A stretch of 64,000 nucleotides of DNA. It comes from Synechococcus sp. (lineage in GTDB: Bacteria; Cyanobacteriota; Cyanobacteriia; PCC-6307; Cyanobiaceae). Below, piece by piece: positions 1 to 11,680 of the stretch (within the stretch, counting starts at the first letter, position 1; each line of letters starts with the position of its first letter). The DNA is taken from contig JBJBEO010000001.1 in assembly GCA_047284725.1 (NCBI GenBank), positions 1,336,203-1,400,202 of the forward strand, in the 5' to 3' direction. The notes under the pieces are model-generated. The model had not been told where the DNA came from. It made no database searches and worked only from the letters and a program-made list of their open reading frames with translations. A program made the translations under genes and the position numbers.

Positions 1-1154
1 TCAGCATTGAATGCATCCTGAATCCGCTTGAGCAGTCGTGAGCGGATGATGCAACCACCTTTCCAGATCTGGGCAATGGCCGGCATGTGCAGGTCATAGT
101 TGTGCTCGGCAGAGGCAATGCGCAGCAACTCCATTCCCTGGGCGTAGCTGGCCATACTCGCCAGCACCATGGCATCCATCAGCGGAGCCATCCCGTCTGC
201 CGGTGTTCCCATCGCAAAGGGCTTCACAGGGGGACCATGCAGACAGGCTTCAGCCTTCACACGCTGATCCTTCATCGAACTCATCACGCGGCCATTGAGG
301 GAGGCGTAGATGGTGGGCACCGACGCACCCAGTTGCAGGGCGCTGACCACCGTCCAGAGACCGGTTCCCTTCTGCCCTGCCTTGTCCTGGATTTTCTCCA
401 CGAGATCGGTGGCGTCCTCAGGATCTTTTGTGCGCAGACAGACCTCCGTGATCTCCACGAGATACGAAGACAACTCCTCAGTACTGTTCCAGTGCGCAAA
501 CACATCCGCCATCTGCGTGCCGTCCATGCCGGCCACCCGCTTCATCAGGTCATAACCCTCCGCAAGGATCTGTTCGATGCCGTACTCAATGCCGTTATGC
601 ACGGTCTTGACGAAATGGCCTGAACCACCAGGGCCGATGTAGGTCACACAAGGGCCGTCCTCCACCTGGGCGGCCATCTTCGTGACAAGGCTTTCAATCG
701 CGTCGTACGAGGCCTTGGTGCCACCGGGCATCATGCTCGGCCCTTCAAGCGCACCTTTGGCACCTCCAGAGACACCCATCCCGATAAAACCGAAGCTCTT
801 GCTTTCCAGCTCAGCAACACGACGTTCGGTGTCTTGATATTCAGAATTACCGCCATCGATCAGCAGATCTCCTTCCTCGAGAAGAGGGGAGATCTGCTGG
901 ATCACTGCATCCACGGCTGCACCGGCCTTGACCATCATCAGGATGCGGCGCGGATGCTGCAGTTTTGCCACGAAATCCTGAAGATCCTCGGCGCCCTGGA
1001 TGTCTTTACCAGCTCCTCGCCCTGCGAGGAACTCTTCGGTCTTTGCGTAGGTCCGGTTGTAAACCACACTGGAAAACCCATTGCGCTCAGCATTGAGCAC
1101 CAGATTTTCACCCATGACTCCGAGACCGATCAGGCCGAAATGAGCCTTAGACAT
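1..1154 (-). CDS. gnd: NADP-dependent 6-phosphogluconate dehydrogenase (3' end outside window)
   Basis: Read manually from ATG at 1154: MSKAHFGLIGLGVMGENLVLNAERNG (Rossmann GxGxxG). Also LMVKAG, IDGGN, GMGVSGG and HFVKTVHNGIEYG motifs. Absent from the ORF track because it runs off the window. Confidence 0.96.
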   Translation of the reverse strand, partial: MSKAHFGLIGLGVMGENLVLNAERNGFSSVVYNRTYAKTEEFLAGRGAGKDIQGAEDLQDFVAKLQHPRRILMMVKAGAAVDAVIQQISPLLEEGDLLIDGGNSEYQDTERRVAELESKSFGFIGMGVSGGAKGALEGPSMMPGGTKASYDAIESLVTKMAAQVEDGPCVTYIGPGGSGHFVKTVHNGIEYGIEQILAEGYDLMKRVAGMDGTQMADVFAHWNSTEELSSYLVEITEVCLRTKDPEDATDLVEKIQDKAGQKGTGLWTVVSALQLGASVPTIYASLNGRVMSSMKDQRVKAEACLHGPPVKPFAMGTPADGMAPLMDAMVLASMASYAQGMELLRIASAEHNYDLHMPAIAQIWKGGCIIRSRLLKRIQDAFNA

Positions 1155-1189
1155 CGTCAGTGGTTGAACAATGCGATCAGTGTGGCCAT

Positions 1190-1214
1190 TGCAGTGCCTC
1201 TCAGGGGCACTGCA
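1190..1214. other. Intergenic inverted repeat between glgC and gnd (possible terminator or mRNA stability hairpin)
   Basis: TGCAGTGCC-tctcagg-GGCACTGCA, perfect 9-bp stem; no clear U-tract. Confidence 0.5.
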
Positions 1215-1251
1215 TCACCGACTGTCAGAAAGCGCAGACTGAGGGCGCTGC

Positions 1252-2547
1252 TCAGATCACCATGCCATCGGCGATCGAGGCGTTTTTGACCACCACAACA
1301 ATGCCGTTGCGGATGTAAAAACCGTGCTCAGGCCGATCAGCTTCCTCAACATTGTCCTTGTTGACGATGGTGACATTGCGGCCGACACGTGCGTTTTTAT
1401 CAAGGATGGCGCGCTTCACCGTCGACCCTTCACCCACCCCCATTGGGATGCCACCGTTTCGACGCAGCTCATCGCGTTCCGCGATCGATTCAAAGAAATC
1501 AGAACCCATCAGGAGTGAATCCTGAAGAACCACATTGTCTTCGACACGGCTTCTGACCCCAAGCACACAGTGATTGATGCTGCAGTTTTTCAGAATGGTG
1601 CCTTCACCAATAATTGAATCGGTGATCTGAGCATCAACAAGCTTGCTTGGCGGAAGGTAACGAGGACGGGTGTAAATCGGGAAGTTTTCTTCATAAAAAC
1701 TGAAGGGAGGTTTGGGCTGCTGAGTGAGAGCAAGATTAGCCTCATAAAAAGCACCAATTGTGCCGATATCTTCCCAATAATCATCAAAGACATAGCTGCG
1801 GAGATTCATGCCAGACTTCAACGCCTCTGGGATGACCTCTTTGCCAAAATCTTTGTAAGCAGGATAGTCATTCAACAGACTGAACAAAGCCTTGCGACTG
1901 AACACATAAATGCCCATGGAGGCAAGGTGTGGCTTTGCGGCTGCAGACTCGGACGAGAGACCGAAGCGAGAGGTATCAACCTCCATCTGTTTCAGAGACT
2001 CCCCTTTCGGCTTTTCCCGGAATTCCTGGATATTGCCATTTTCATCGGTCCGCATCAGACCGAAGGCTTCTGCCTGCACAGGATCCACTGGCAACGCAGC
2101 CACAGTGAGATCAGCACCTGTTTTGCGGTGATGCTCCACAAAGAGGCTGTAATCCATCCTGTAGAGCTGATCACCAGAGAGGATCAGATACTCATCCACA
2201 TCCCATTCCTGGAACAACCACTGGTACTTGCGCACCGCATCGGCAGTCCCTTCGAACCATGAGGGACTTTCAGGGGTTTGCTGCGCGGCAAGCACCTCAA
2301 CGAAACCCTGACCAAATCCAGCACTGAGGTCGTAGGTCTGAGTGAGGTGACGATTCAGTGACGCACTGTTGAACTGAGTCAACACGTACATCTTGTTGAT
2401 ATTCGAGTTGATGCAGTTACTGATGGGAATATCAATGAGCCGGTACTTACCCGCCAAGGGAACTGCAGGCTTGGCCCGCATCTTTGTGAGCGGATAGAGG
2501 CGAGTGCCAGCGCCACCCCCAAGAATAATCGCCAAAACCCGCTTCAT
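1252..2547 (-). CDS. glgC: Glucose-1-phosphate adenylyltransferase (ADP-glucose pyrophosphorylase)
   Basis: [29 protein letters not shown] and WEDIGT motifs; 431 aa. Confidence 0.98.
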   Translation of the reverse strand: MKRVLAIILGGGAGTRLYPLTKMRAKPAVPLAGKYRLIDIPISNCINSNINKMYVLTQFNSASLNRHLTQTYDLSAGFGQGFVEVLAAQQTPESPSWFEGTADAVRKYQWLFQEWDVDEYLILSGDQLYRMDYSLFVEHHRKTGADLTVAALPVDPVQAEAFGLMRTDENGNIQEFREKPKGESLKQMEVDTSRFGLSSESAAAKPHLASMGIYVFSRKALFSLLNDYPAYKDFGKEVIPEALKSGMNLRSYVFDDYWEDIGTIGAFYEANLALTQQPKPPFSFYEENFPIYTRPRYLPPSKLVDAQITDSIIGEGTILKNCSINHCVLGVRSRVEDNVVLQDSLLMGSDFFESIAERDELRRNGGIPMGVGEGSTVKRAILDKNARVGRNVTIVNKDNVEEADRPEHGFYIRNGIVVVVKNASIADGMVI

Positions 2548-2680
2548 ACCTACGTCTGTATACCAGAGACGCGAGATAACCTAACGGACTTTTTCAAAGA
2601 AAAACCGTCGGCGGCACAGATCAGTCGAGAACAACAAGACTCTGTTCAAGACTCCGTGACTCGCGCCGACGGATTTGGAT

Positions 2681-3991
2681 TCAGCCCTTGGGAGGCTCAC
2701 CTCCCAACGCAAACACGCGCTCAACCACCTGCAGCGCCTCCTGACGTTGAGCTCTCGGTTGAGGACTGCGCAGCTGGGTGACTGGGGTATGCAAGATCTT
2801 GTTCAAGATGCCTTTGGTCAGGGCTTCAACAACCTTGCGCTCTCGAGCCGAGAAATCAGGGCCCATGCGACTCAACGCCTTCTGCAGTTCCTCGGTACGG
2901 ATCTCCTCGAGAGAAGCACGCAGCTTGTTGATGGTCGGCACAGCTTCCAGGCTGTCCCACCATTCAAGGAAAAGCCGCGATTCTTCATCCAGCAACCCTT
3001 GAGCCTCTCGAGCGACCTGTTGCCGAGCTTCCTGGTTCCTGGCCACAACCTCTTGAAGATCGTCAACGTCGTAAGCCTCAACGCCAGGGACCCCCTCCAC
3101 ATCGGCGGCAATGTTGCGAGGAACCCCGATATCAATCAACCGCAGAGAACTGCGGCGATTGAGACGATTCAGACGCTCGGCATCGATGATCGGCTCCGAG
3201 GCTGCGGTGCTTGTAAACACCAAGGAACTGGTACTCAGGGTGCGGTCGAGATCCTCAAGAGAGCTGCACTGCACTGGCAGACCTGGGAAATCAGCCGCAA
3301 GGGTTTCGGCACGCTCGCGTGTGCGATTGAGCAGAACCACACCGGTACAGCCTTTGGACTGGAGATGCTGCAACAGCAAACGGCTCATCCGGCCCGCACC
3401 AACAATGGCAACCTGTTCAGACTCAAGGCTGACAAGGTCATCGACCCCGCGAGACTGTCCAAGCTTGAGCTGGGCCAGCTCGACGGCCGCGGAGCTAACG
3501 GACACCGCACCCGTACTCAGATTGGTTTCAGAGCGAACGCGCTTTCCAGTGCTGACGGCCTGAGTCAGCAAGCGGTTCAGAATTGGACCGATCGAACGAT
3601 GTTCCTGGCCCAGGCGCATCATTTTCTTGACCTGGGAGAGGATCTGACCTTCACCAAGGACAAGACTGTCGAGACCAGCCGAAACCCTCATGAGGTGATC
3701 GACGGCTTCGTTGTGGTGATACGCAAAAAGATGCGGAGAGAGATCATCCGTCGCCAAACCGGAATGTCCACTCAGGAAGTCCCTCACAGCTGAGATTCCC
3801 AGCTCAGGGTGCCTCACCAGGGTGTAGATCTCCAGACGATTGCAGGTGCTGAGGATGGAAGCCTCAAGCACCTGGTCGTGTCCCCGAAGGGTCTGGAGAG
3901 AGGTCTCGATGGTTTGCTCAGGGATGCTGAGCTTTTCACGGATTTCGACCGGTGCCGTGCGATGACTGAGGCCGACGACGGCAATATGCAT
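2681..3991 (-). CDS. hemA: Glutamyl-tRNA reductase
   Basis: GLSHRTAPVEIRE, LSTCNRLEIY, SLVLGEGQILSQVK, GAGRM and DIGVPRN motifs. Confidence 0.98.
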   Translation of the reverse strand: MHIAVVGLSHRTAPVEIREKLSIPEQTIETSLQTLRGHDQVLEASILSTCNRLEIYTLVRHPELGISAVRDFLSGHSGLATDDLSPHLFAYHHNEAVDHLMRVSAGLDSLVLGEGQILSQVKKMMRLGQEHRSIGPILNRLLTQAVSTGKRVRSETNLSTGAVSVSSAAVELAQLKLGQSRGVDDLVSLESEQVAIVGAGRMSRLLLQHLQSKGCTGVVLLNRTRERAETLAADFPGLPVQCSSLEDLDRTLSTSSLVFTSTAASEPIIDAERLNRLNRRSSLRLIDIGVPRNIAADVEGVPGVEAYDVDDLQEVVARNQEARQQVAREAQGLLDEESRLFLEWWDSLEAVPTINKLRASLEEIRTEELQKALSRMGPDFSARERKVVEALTKGILNKILHTPVTQLRSPQPRAQRQEALQVVERVFALGGEPPKG

Positions 3992-4022
3992 GGAGATGGT
4001 CCTCTGATCCAGACGTCGACGT

Positions 4023-5027
4023 TCAGTTCAAGCCGATGCTCTGAGCGCCGTCCTTGATGTGCACGGTGTCAGTGAAGCGACAGGTGTTGTCAAGGTTGCT
4101 GATCACCAGGCTGCTGGTGCGGGTGCAATCCTTTTCGAACTTCACACCGTTGAACAGCAGACCATCGGTGATGCCGCTACCAGCGAAGATAACGTGCTCA
4201 CCAGAGGCCAGCTCTTCCGCTTCGTAGATCTTGTCAGGGTCAGCGATCCCCATTTCGGCAAGACGGGCCAGGTTCCCTTCCTTGGTGAGATCAGCCCACT
4301 CCTTGGTCTGAGCGACAGCGGGGTCATAGACAAGCTGTCCCTGGAAATGGCCGCCAAGAGCGCGCATGGCAGCAGCGGAAATGACACCCTCTGGAGCAGC
4401 GCCAATTCCCATCAAACAGTGAGTGCCGGTCCCAGCAAAGCCACAGGCGATCGCAGCCTGCACATCGCCATCAGAAATCGGCTGCACGCGGGCACCGGTG
4501 GCACGGATTTCAGCGATCAGATCCTTGTGGCGGGCGCGATCCATCACCACGATGGTGAGTTCGCTGGGTGCCATGCCGAGGCACTCGCTCAGAATCTTGA
4601 TGTTTTCGGTTGCCGACTTGCGGATATCCACCTTGCCTTTGGCGGCCGGGGGGGCAGCCAGCTTCTTCATGTAGAAGTCGGGTGCATTGAACAAGCCACC
4701 CCGGTCGGATGCTGCAAGAACGGCCATGGAGCCGCGCTGGTTGTTGGCACAGAGATTGGTGCCTTCGCAGGGATCCACAGCGAAATCCACACCAGGGCCG
4801 GTGCCGCTGCCCACTTCCTCACCGATGTAGAGCATGGGAGCTTCGTCACGCTCACCCTCACCAATCACGATGCGACCCTGCATTTGGATCTGGCCCATGC
4901 GCTGACGCATGGCCTCCACAGCAGCAGCGTCGGCTTCGTCCTTCTGACCAAGACCGGTGAGCTTTGCGGAAGCGATGGCCGCCTGCTCAACGACTTCAAG
5001 AATTTCCTGGATGAGAGTGCGATCCAC
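4023..5027 (-). CDS. glpX: Class II fructose-1,6-/sedoheptulose-1,7-bisphosphatase
   Basis: [29 protein letters not shown] and GAAPEGVI motifs. Confidence 0.97.
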   Translation of the reverse strand: MDRTLIQEILEVVEQAAIASAKLTGLGQKDEADAAAVEAMRQRMGQIQMQGRIVIGEGERDEAPMLYIGEEVGSGTGPGVDFAVDPCEGTNLCANNQRGSMAVLAASDRGGLFNAPDFYMKKLAAPPAAKGKVDIRKSATENIKILSECLGMAPSELTIVVMDRARHKDLIAEIRATGARVQPISDGDVQAAIACGFAGTGTHCLMGIGAAPEGVISAAAMRALGGHFQGQLVYDPAVAQTKEWADLTKEGNLARLAEMGIADPDKIYEAEELASGEHVIFAGSGITDGLLFNGVKFEKDCTRTSSLVISNLDNTCRFTDTVHIKDGAQSIGLN

Positions 5028-5197
5028 TGGAGTGCGACGTTGGGGGTAAGGGTGCAGCGAGCGGAAGTCGTACAGACAATGCAGACAAGGGGCAAAGATC
5101 CCGATGCAGCAATGCTTTCCGGCTCAAGAGCGCGGCTCACTGTATCAGCGCCTTCGGCGGTTCCTACAATCGCCGCGCAATTCCCGTAGTTCCCTCC

Positions 5198-5866
5198 ATG
5201 AGCACCAAGCCTCTGGTGATCTCCCCGTCCATCCTGTCTGCCGACTTCGCCAAGCTGGGCGAAGAGGTCAAGGCGGTGGACCAGGCTGGTGCCGACTGGA
5301 TTCACGTGGACGTGATGGATGGTCGTTTCGTCCCCAACATCACCATCGGTCCACTGATCGTTGAAGCACTGCGTCCAGTCACCCAGAAGCCCCTCGACGT
5401 TCACCTGATGATCGTTGAGCCCGAGAAGTACGTGGCCGACTTCGCCAAAGCCGGCGCCGACATCATTTCGGTGCAGGTGGAAGCCTGTCCCCACCTGCAC
5501 CGGAACCTTGCTCAGATCAAGGATCTCGGAAAAATGGCAGGGGCCGTCCTCAACCCCAGCACGCCGCTCGACACTCTGGAGTACTGCCTTGAGCTGTGCG
5601 ACCTGGTGCTGATCATGAGTGTCAACCCCGGCTTCGGTGGTCAGAGCTTCATCGACAATCAGGTGCAGAAAATCCGTGACCTGCGCCGCATGTGCGACGA
5701 GCGAGGTCTCGATCCCTGGATCGAGGTGGACGGAGGGATCAAGGGTGCGAATGCCTGGAAGGTGATCGAAGCCGGTGCCAACGCCATCGTCAGCGGCTCG
5801 GGGGTGTTCAACCAGCCCGACTACGCCGCTGCCATTCAAGGCATCCGCGACAGCAAGAAGTCCTGA
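5198..5866 (+). CDS. rpe: Ribulose-phosphate 3-epimerase
   Basis: [31 protein letters not shown] and EVDGG motifs; TACAAT -10-like hexamer at 5165-5170. Confidence 0.98.
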   Translation: MSTKPLVISPSILSADFAKLGEEVKAVDQAGADWIHVDVMDGRFVPNITIGPLIVEALRPVTQKPLDVHLMIVEPEKYVADFAKAGADIISVQVEACPHLHRNLAQIKDLGKMAGAVLNPSTPLDTLEYCLELCDLVLIMSVNPGFGGQSFIDNQVQKIRDLRRMCDERGLDPWIEVDGGIKGANAWKVIEAGANAIVSGSGVFNQPDYAAAIQGIRDSKKS

Positions 5867-5900
5867 TCAACCTGATCAAAGGACTTGAGGTCAAACCATG

Positions 5901-5930
5901 AATCGCCCCGACAGACGGGGCGATTTTTTT
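5901..5930 (+). terminator. Rho-independent terminator of rpe
   Basis: AATCGCCCCG-acaga-CGGGGCGATT followed by a T-run. Confidence 0.85.
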
Positions 5931-6006
5931 GTGGACATCAGCGCCAGGTCAAACCATCGGACACGGTATTGACGTTGCTCCGAAGAATTGGCCCGATCCG
6001 GGCCCC

Positions 6007-6933
6007 TCAATCCCCGAAGAACCATCCATAGCTGTGCAGCCCGATACCAAGAAGATTGACACCGATGTAGCAAACAACAATCACCACCAGACCAACCGCA
6101 GCCACAAGCGCTGGCTTACGTCCCTGCCAGCCGCGACTCAAACGGGTGTGCAGGTACGCCGCATACACCAACCAGCAGATCAGGGCCCAGGTTTCCTTTG
6201 GATCCCAGCTCCACCAGCTGCCCCAGGCTTCATTGGCCCAGACCGCACCGCTGATGATGCCGACCGTGAGCAACAGGAAACCAACGGTGATCGTGCGGTA
6301 ACTGAGGCTGTCGAGCTGCTCGCTTCGGCTGAAGGCCACCGACTCGAGATCAAGATTCGTTGAAGAGGGAGCTCCCTCGAGAGCTGCCCGCCGGAAACCT
6401 CCACTGCCGATTGAACTGCTGCGCAGCTCAAGAGCATTGTCTCGATCGATCAAAAGAACCGCAATCGACAACAGCGAACCCACCAGAAGAGCGGCGTAAC
6501 TCACCATGATCACGCTCACATGCATGACCAACCAACTGGAGCGCAGAGCTGGCACAAGCGGGGAAGCCTCCTGAAGTCGATCAGGCAAGGCAAAGCTGGC
6601 GAAAGCAACGCAACCCAGCCCCATGGGAGTCGCTGCCGCCGCCACAAGAGGAGAAGGCCAACTGCGCTCCACCAACAGTTGCGTCAGCGTGCAGGCCCAG
6701 GCGAGGAAACAGAGCGATTCGTAGAGGTTACTGATCGGGAAATGGCCGGATTGCCACCAGCGCAGCACCAGTTGCGCGGTGAGGCTGAGATTGGCAAGGG
6801 CCACCAGCACCCTGACCCCTGACGATGTTGTGCCGCTGGAGGCGGACCAGAATCCCCAGGGCAGGGCTGCGAGCAACAGTGCAAATGCTGCAAGACCCAG
6901 AAGCAGCACGGGATCATCGCCTGCGATGGGCAT
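6007..6933 (-). CDS. ccsA: System II cytochrome c biogenesis protein CcsA (also called CcsB)
   Basis: [17 protein letters not shown] and WWD domain [22 protein letters not shown]-terminal GLHSYGW. Start chosen at the MPIAGD ATG (uncertain). Confidence 0.95.
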   Translation of the reverse strand: MPIAGDDPVLLLGLAAFALLLAALPWGFWSASSGTTSSGVRVLVALANLSLTAQLVLRWWQSGHFPISNLYESLCFLAWACTLTQLLVERSWPSPLVAAAATPMGLGCVAFASFALPDRLQEASPLVPALRSSWLVMHVSVIMVSYAALLVGSLLSIAVLLIDRDNALELRSSSIGSGGFRRAALEGAPSSTNLDLESVAFSRSEQLDSLSYRTITVGFLLLTVGIISGAVWANEAWGSWWSWDPKETWALICWLVYAAYLHTRLSRGWQGRKPALVAAVGLVVIVVCYIGVNLLGIGLHSYGWFFGD

Positions 6934-6977
6934 GGGCAACGTGAAGATCTCCAAGGAAATGATTTTGGCGGGAAAAG

Positions 6978-8147
6978 TCAGCGGCTGGCCTGTCGGAGCA
7001 GAGTCCAACCTCCAGCCAGACAGATCAGCACCGGTGACCAGGCTGCCAACAAGGGAGGCAGCGTTCCTTTGACGCCAAGGGAGCTGAAGCTGAAGCTGAG
7101 CACGTAGTAGACAAGGATGAGCACCACACTGATGCCAAATCCCTGACTGCGACTGGTTCGATTATTGGGTTTGGCACCAAGACTGCTGCCAATCAGACCA
7201 AACACCAGACAGGCCATCGGAAGCGTGAATTTCTCTTGAATCCGCACACGCAGGCGCCGGGCCTCCTTGCGATCGCCGGCATCCCTTAACAGCTTTTCGG
7301 CTTCAATCGCCTCAAGCACCGTCATGTTGTTGGCGTCTTTGGGCAACTTGGCAATGCGCACAGGTGCCGCACTCAGGGGGTAGAGGTAGCGGTCGAACTG
7401 GGCCGTAATGGTTCCGCCCTCCGGAGTCAGCGTGACGCTCTGCCCTTCCAAAAACTCCCATTTACCCTCCACTTCATTCCATTTGGCTTGGTCAGCCACC
7501 AGCATCTGTGTGTAACCAATTCGGGAAAAGTCCAGCACCGTCACACCCTGCATCGTTCCCTTGCGGAATTCCCTGGCATAGAAAAGCTGAGCCAGCCCCC
7601 TCGAGCGATCACCGTCTTCGGCACCGGCGAGGCGTCCAAAACGGGAATAGACGATGTCTTCACCCTTTTCAGTGGAGATAGCCTTACCAAGGGCTCTCTG
7701 CAGGGTGAATTCGGCGGAACGATTGCTGCGAGGAACGATCACATCGTTGAACACGAACGTGAGTGATGTCATCACAAGTGACAACGCCAGCGCCGGCGCG
7801 ATCATCCTCTGAGCCGTCACTCCGACACTGCGCAGAGCTGTCAACTCACTGTTAGCCGACAGGCGGCTGTAGGCGAGCAATGTGGCCATCAGGGTGGCCA
7901 TCGGAAACGAAATCACCAGAAAACTGGGCAGGCGCATCATCAACACCTGAACAGCGACCAAGACCGGCAGGCCTGACTCCACAATCTTGCGGACCAGGTC
8001 GAACATCACTCCCACAGAGAGGGAGACCACGGTGAATGCCGCAATGGCAAACAACAGTGGACCGATCAGTTCAACAATCAGCCAGCGATCCAGAAGGGGA
8101 ATTCGTCGAATCGTGCCTGTAAGCCGTTGGTGAAGGGTGGCCATCAC
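6978..8147 (-). CDS. LPS export permease, LptF/LptG (YjgP/YjgQ) family
   Basis: LLDRW...GP N-terminus, [17 protein letters not shown]-terminal LAAWSP; coupled to lptB. Confidence 0.92.
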   Translation of the reverse strand: MMATLHQRLTGTIRRIPLLDRWLIVELIGPLLFAIAAFTVVSLSVGVMFDLVRKIVESGLPVLVAVQVLMMRLPSFLVISFPMATLMATLLAYSRLSANSELTALRSVGVTAQRMIAPALALSLVMTSLTFVFNDVIVPRSNRSAEFTLQRALGKAISTEKGEDIVYSRFGRLAGAEDGDRSRGLAQLFYAREFRKGTMQGVTVLDFSRIGYTQMLVADQAKWNEVEGKWEFLEGQSVTLTPEGGTITAQFDRYLYPLSAAPVRIAKLPKDANNMTVLEAIEAEKLLRDAGDRKEARRLRVRIQEKFTLPMACLVFGLIGSSLGAKPNNRTSRSQGFGISVVLILVYYVLSFSFSSLGVKGTLPPLLAAWSPVLICLAGGWTLLRQASR

Positions 8148-8872
8148 AGCTGGAAGCCCTCGCCGAGATAGTGACGACGCACAAGAGGATCATGGGCCAC
8201 TTGCTCAGACGGGCCTGAAGCAAGGATGGATCCATCCGTGAGGATGTAAGCGCGATCCGTGATCGCCAGGGTTTCACGCACGTTGTGATCAGTGATGAGA
8301 ATGCCCATACCGCGTTCGCGCAGAGAATGAATCAACCCCTGCAGATCGGCCACGGCCAGGGGGTCGACCCCCGCGAAGGGTTCATCAAGCAGGAGATAAC
8401 GCGGGCCTTCAAGGCCCACTGCGAGAGCACGAGCCACCTCTGTGCGTCGACGTTCCCCTCCAGACAGCTGAAATCCTTTTCGATCCAGAAAAGGCTGGAG
8501 GTGAAAGTCATCAATCAATTGATGGAGACGTTCACGGCTCTGAGAAGATGAAAGTCCACTCTGCGCCAGGACAAGCTGAAGGTTGTCGCGCACCGAAAGT
8601 TGGCGGAACACACTGGGCTCTTGAGGCAAGTAGCCAATACCAAGGCGTGCTCGCTCTGGCATCGAAAGAGACACCACAGGATGGCCATCCATCAGAACCT
8701 GACCTGAGTCAGGCCTAAGCAAACCGATCACAAGGTTGAAGGTGGTGGTCTTGCCGGCGCCATTCGGGCCAAGCAAACCGATCACTTCGCCGGGTTTCAA
8801 CTGCAAAGACACATCGGAAACCAGAGGCCGACCCGCCAGAGTGAGGGCCACCCGATCGAGGGTGAGACTCAT
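8144..8872 (-). CDS. lptB: LPS export ABC transporter ATP-binding protein
   Basis: GPNGAGKTT, YLPQEPSVFR, LSGGERRRTE, LDEPFAGVDP and ITDHNVRETL motifs. Confidence 0.95.
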   Translation of the reverse strand: MSLTLDRVALTLAGRPLVSDVSLQLKPGEVIGLLGPNGAGKTTTFNLVIGLLRPDSGQVLMDGHPVVSLSMPERARLGIGYLPQEPSVFRQLSVRDNLQLVLAQSGLSSSQSRERLHQLIDDFHLQPFLDRKGFQLSGGERRRTEVARALAVGLEGPRYLLLDEPFAGVDPLAVADLQGLIHSLRERGMGILITDHNVRETLAITDRAYILTDGSILASGPSEQVAHDPLVRRHYLGEGFQL

Positions 8873-9417
8873 GGCGTCAGAGGCGTCGGCATGGGACGGC
8901 CGGACTGGATCACCATCTGGCTGAAGACCTGCTGACCTGAGGTGGGTTCCGCTTCCGCCCGCCCCTGCTCCAGCAGATACACAACGCGCTCTGCGCGAAG
9001 GGCATTGCCGCCATCTTGCACGATATCCACGTCACCGGTGAGCACCAAACGACCCTCCTGGCTGAAATACTGCGCCTGACGCGCCGTGGCCACCATGCCG
9101 CGGGATGGGTAAACGATCCTCACGTTGCCAGCAGCGGTGACGACACCAGTGACATTGTCGGCACTTTGTGTATCCGATTCGATCGTGATCAGCCCTCGAG
9201 GCGCAACCTCTGCAGCAGGCTCAGATCCAACATTGGATGGGCCTTCCACAGGAGCCAGAGACTGGGCGAGTGCTGGGCGGCTGGAAGCAACCACGCTGCC
9301 CGCAGCCAGCAGAGCGAACAAAGCCAACGTCAGAGAAGGCTGAGCTCGGTTAGGCCGGAGTGGGGGAAACAACAGCCAACGAGCCACGAACTGAGCCCAA
9401 TGTACCGAGAAGGTCAT
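8869..9417 (-). CDS. LptA/OstA family periplasmic LPS transport protein
   Basis: Signal-peptide-like region, then ITIESDTQ...VTAAGNV...ATARQAQY...LTGDV beta-jellyroll pattern. ATGA overlap with the upstream gene. Confidence 0.85.
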   Translation of the reverse strand: MTFSVHWAQFVARWLLFPPLRPNRAQPSLTLALFALLAAGSVVASSRPALAQSLAPVEGPSNVGSEPAAEVAPRGLITIESDTQSADNVTGVVTAAGNVRIVYPSRGMVATARQAQYFSQEGRLVLTGDVDIVQDGGNALRAERVVYLLEQGRAEAEPTSGQQVFSQMVIQSGRPMPTPLTP

Positions 9418-9803
9418 GGCCGATCGACCAGCACTGGGACGGGACAAGAAGCGGGATCTCCGCCTTGCTGAAGCACGGAAAGACGACGAATCACGCTGGC
9501 ACGAAACTGCTGGAGATCAAGACCGAAATCGGGACAATCGATTCCGTTGAGACGGCCCAGACCTTCCCCTAAAAGAATGGTGGCTCCCTTGCTGTTGTTG
9601 CGTTCGAGATGAACGTGAGCCACAGCCACCTGAATCAGGCCCTGCAGCACACGCCGATCAGGGTCGGATGTTTCATGCCAGAGATCCTCGAACGCATCGT
9701 GGGAGGCATACCACTGCTGGTCATTGAACAACTGAACCCCCAGCTGAAACCGGGGGTCCTGTCGGATCGGGTCCTGTTGAGGAACCTGACGATCAATGCT
9801 CAA
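9414..9803 (-). CDS. DUF309 family protein
   Basis: GVQLFN..QWYASHDAFEDLW and LQGLIQVAVA..H motifs. Confidence 0.88.
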   Translation of the reverse strand: MSIDRQVPQQDPIRQDPRFQLGVQLFNDQQWYASHDAFEDLWHETSDPDRRVLQGLIQVAVAHVHLERNNSKGATILLGEGLGRLNGIDCPDFGLDLQQFRASVIRRLSVLQQGGDPASCPVPVLVDRP

Positions 9804-11602
9804 CGCTTGGCCATCTTCTTGGCAGGAAGCTTGCGAAGACGAATGGATTCAGGCGTGACCTCGAGCATTTCATCAGGACCGATGTACTCCAGGGCACGCT
9901 CCAGTGTCATCTGAACCGGGGCTTGCAGAGTATCGAGTTCGTCAGCACCTGCTGAACGCATGTTGGTGAGCTGCTTGGCCTTGCAGACATTGATCTCCAG
10001 GTCCTGAGGCCGATTGTTCTCTCCGATGATCATTCCCTTGTAGACCTTCGTGCCAGGCGAGATGAAGAACTGGCCACGATCCTCAGCGTTCTTGAGCGCA
10101 TAGAACGTTGCTGTGCCTTCCTCGAAGGCAATCAAGACACCGTTGCGACGCGTATCGAAATCGCCCAGCATCGGTCGATACTCGAAGAAGGAATGGCTCA
10201 TGATTCCTTCACCGCGGGTGGCACGGATGAATTCACCACGGAAACCGATCAAGCCGCGGGAAGGAACGATGAATTCAAGCTGCGTGCGGCCGTCGGAACT
10301 GGTTTCCATGTTCTGCATCTCACCCTTGCGTGTCCCGAGCTTCTCGATGCAGGCACCAACGGCAGCTTCAGGAACATCCATCACCAAGGTTTCAACAGGC
10401 TCACAGGGTGTGCCATCAATCGTGCGGAAGATCACCTGAGGCTGGGACACCTGAAACTCGTACCCTTCCCGACGCATGGTTTCGATCAGAATTCCCAGAT
10501 GAAGCTCACCGCGGCCGCTCACGGCAAAGCGATCAGGTGACTCCGTGTCTTCAACACGCAGGGCAACGTTGGTCAGCAATTCGCGCTGAAGGCGGTCACG
10601 CACCTGACGGCTGGTGACGAATTTGCCCTCCTTGCCGGCGAAGGGGGAATCGTTGACAACGAAAGTCATCTGAAGAGTGGGCTCGTCCACCTTGATCAGA
10701 GGGAGAGCCTTTGGCTCATCCGGGCAGGCAATCGTCTCTCCGATGTTCACATCATCGAATCCGGCCACCGCCACCATGTCGCCGGCGGATGCTTGTTCGA
10801 TCTCCACACGCTGGAGACCTTCGAAACCGAGCAGCTTGCTGATCCGCCCCTTCTTGACCTTGCCATCGTCCTTGATCAGGGAGGCGTTCTGGCCCTGACG
10901 GATCACACCGTTATGAACCCGACCGATGATGATCCTGCCCAGGAAATCGGAATAGTCGAGGGTGGTGATCTGAAGCTGCAGGGGCTTCTCAGCGTCACCG
11001 ACCGGGGGCGGAACATGGCGGAGGATCGCATCGAACAGAGGACGCATGTTGTCGCTGTCCGTCTTCATGTCGGGCTTGGCGAAGCCGCCCAAACCACTGC
11101 CGAAGAGGTAGGGAAAGTCGCATTGGTCGTCATCGGCGCCTAGCTCAAGGAAGAGATCAAGCACCTTGTCGACGGCGGTTTCGGGGTCAACGCGTGCTCG
11201 GTCGATCTTGTTGACGAACACGATGGGACGGAGACCCTGTTCAAGGGCCTTTTTCAGCACGAAACGGGTCTGGGGCATCGGCCCCTCATTGGCATCCACA
11301 ATCAGCAGACAGCCGTCCACCATGCCAAGCACCCGCTCCACTTCTCCGCCGAAATCAGCGTGACCAGGGGTGTCGACAATATTGATACGGGTGTCGTTGT
11401 AATCAACCGCGGTGTTCTTCGACAGGATTGTGATGCCGCGCTCGCGCTCCAGGTCGTTGGAGTCCATGACGCAGGTGGGTACCGCTTCGTTGTCACGGAA
11501 GATGCCCGATTGCGCCAGCAACGCATCGACCAGGGTCGTCTTGCCATGGTCGACGTGGGCGATGATCGCGATATTGCGGATCGCCTTGTTGTGGGCACTC
11601 AT
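9800..11602 (-). CDS. typA: Ribosome-associated translational GTPase TypA/BipA
   Basis: [37 protein letters not shown] and [11 protein letters not shown] motifs. Confidence 0.98.
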   Translation of the reverse strand: MSAHNKAIRNIAIIAHVDHGKTTLVDALLAQSGIFRDNEAVPTCVMDSNDLERERGITILSKNTAVDYNDTRINIVDTPGHADFGGEVERVLGMVDGCLLIVDANEGPMPQTRFVLKKALEQGLRPIVFVNKIDRARVDPETAVDKVLDLFLELGADDDQCDFPYLFGSGLGGFAKPDMKTDSDNMRPLFDAILRHVPPPVGDAEKPLQLQITTLDYSDFLGRIIIGRVHNGVIRQGQNASLIKDDGKVKKGRISKLLGFEGLQRVEIEQASAGDMVAVAGFDDVNIGETIACPDEPKALPLIKVDEPTLQMTFVVNDSPFAGKEGKFVTSRQVRDRLQRELLTNVALRVEDTESPDRFAVSGRGELHLGILIETMRREGYEFQVSQPQVIFRTIDGTPCEPVETLVMDVPEAAVGACIEKLGTRKGEMQNMETSSDGRTQLEFIVPSRGLIGFRGEFIRATRGEGIMSHSFFEYRPMLGDFDTRRNGVLIAFEEGTATFYALKNAEDRGQFFISPGTKVYKGMIIGENNRPQDLEINVCKAKQLTNMRSAGADELDTLQAPVQMTLERALEYIGPDEMLEVTPESIRLRKLPAKKMAKR

Positions 11603-11680
11603 GATGTCCGTGACGTTCTGTGAATAAAGCCTGAACGCCCGCAGGCGTTGCTGAGCAAGGCTATCTCAACGTGAGAAACG

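Noticed and set aside
2636..2662. Short CAAGACTC direct repeats upstream of glgC
   Set aside because: Only 8 bp twice plus a partial third copy; cannot be distinguished from chance without conservation data
2675..5839. Long ORFs opposite hemA, glpX and rpe (372, 376 and 324 aa), and similar ones opposite glnA, recG, mnmH, pdhB and ispE
   Set aside because: Expected stop-free antisense frames caused by GC-rich codon bias; no motifs
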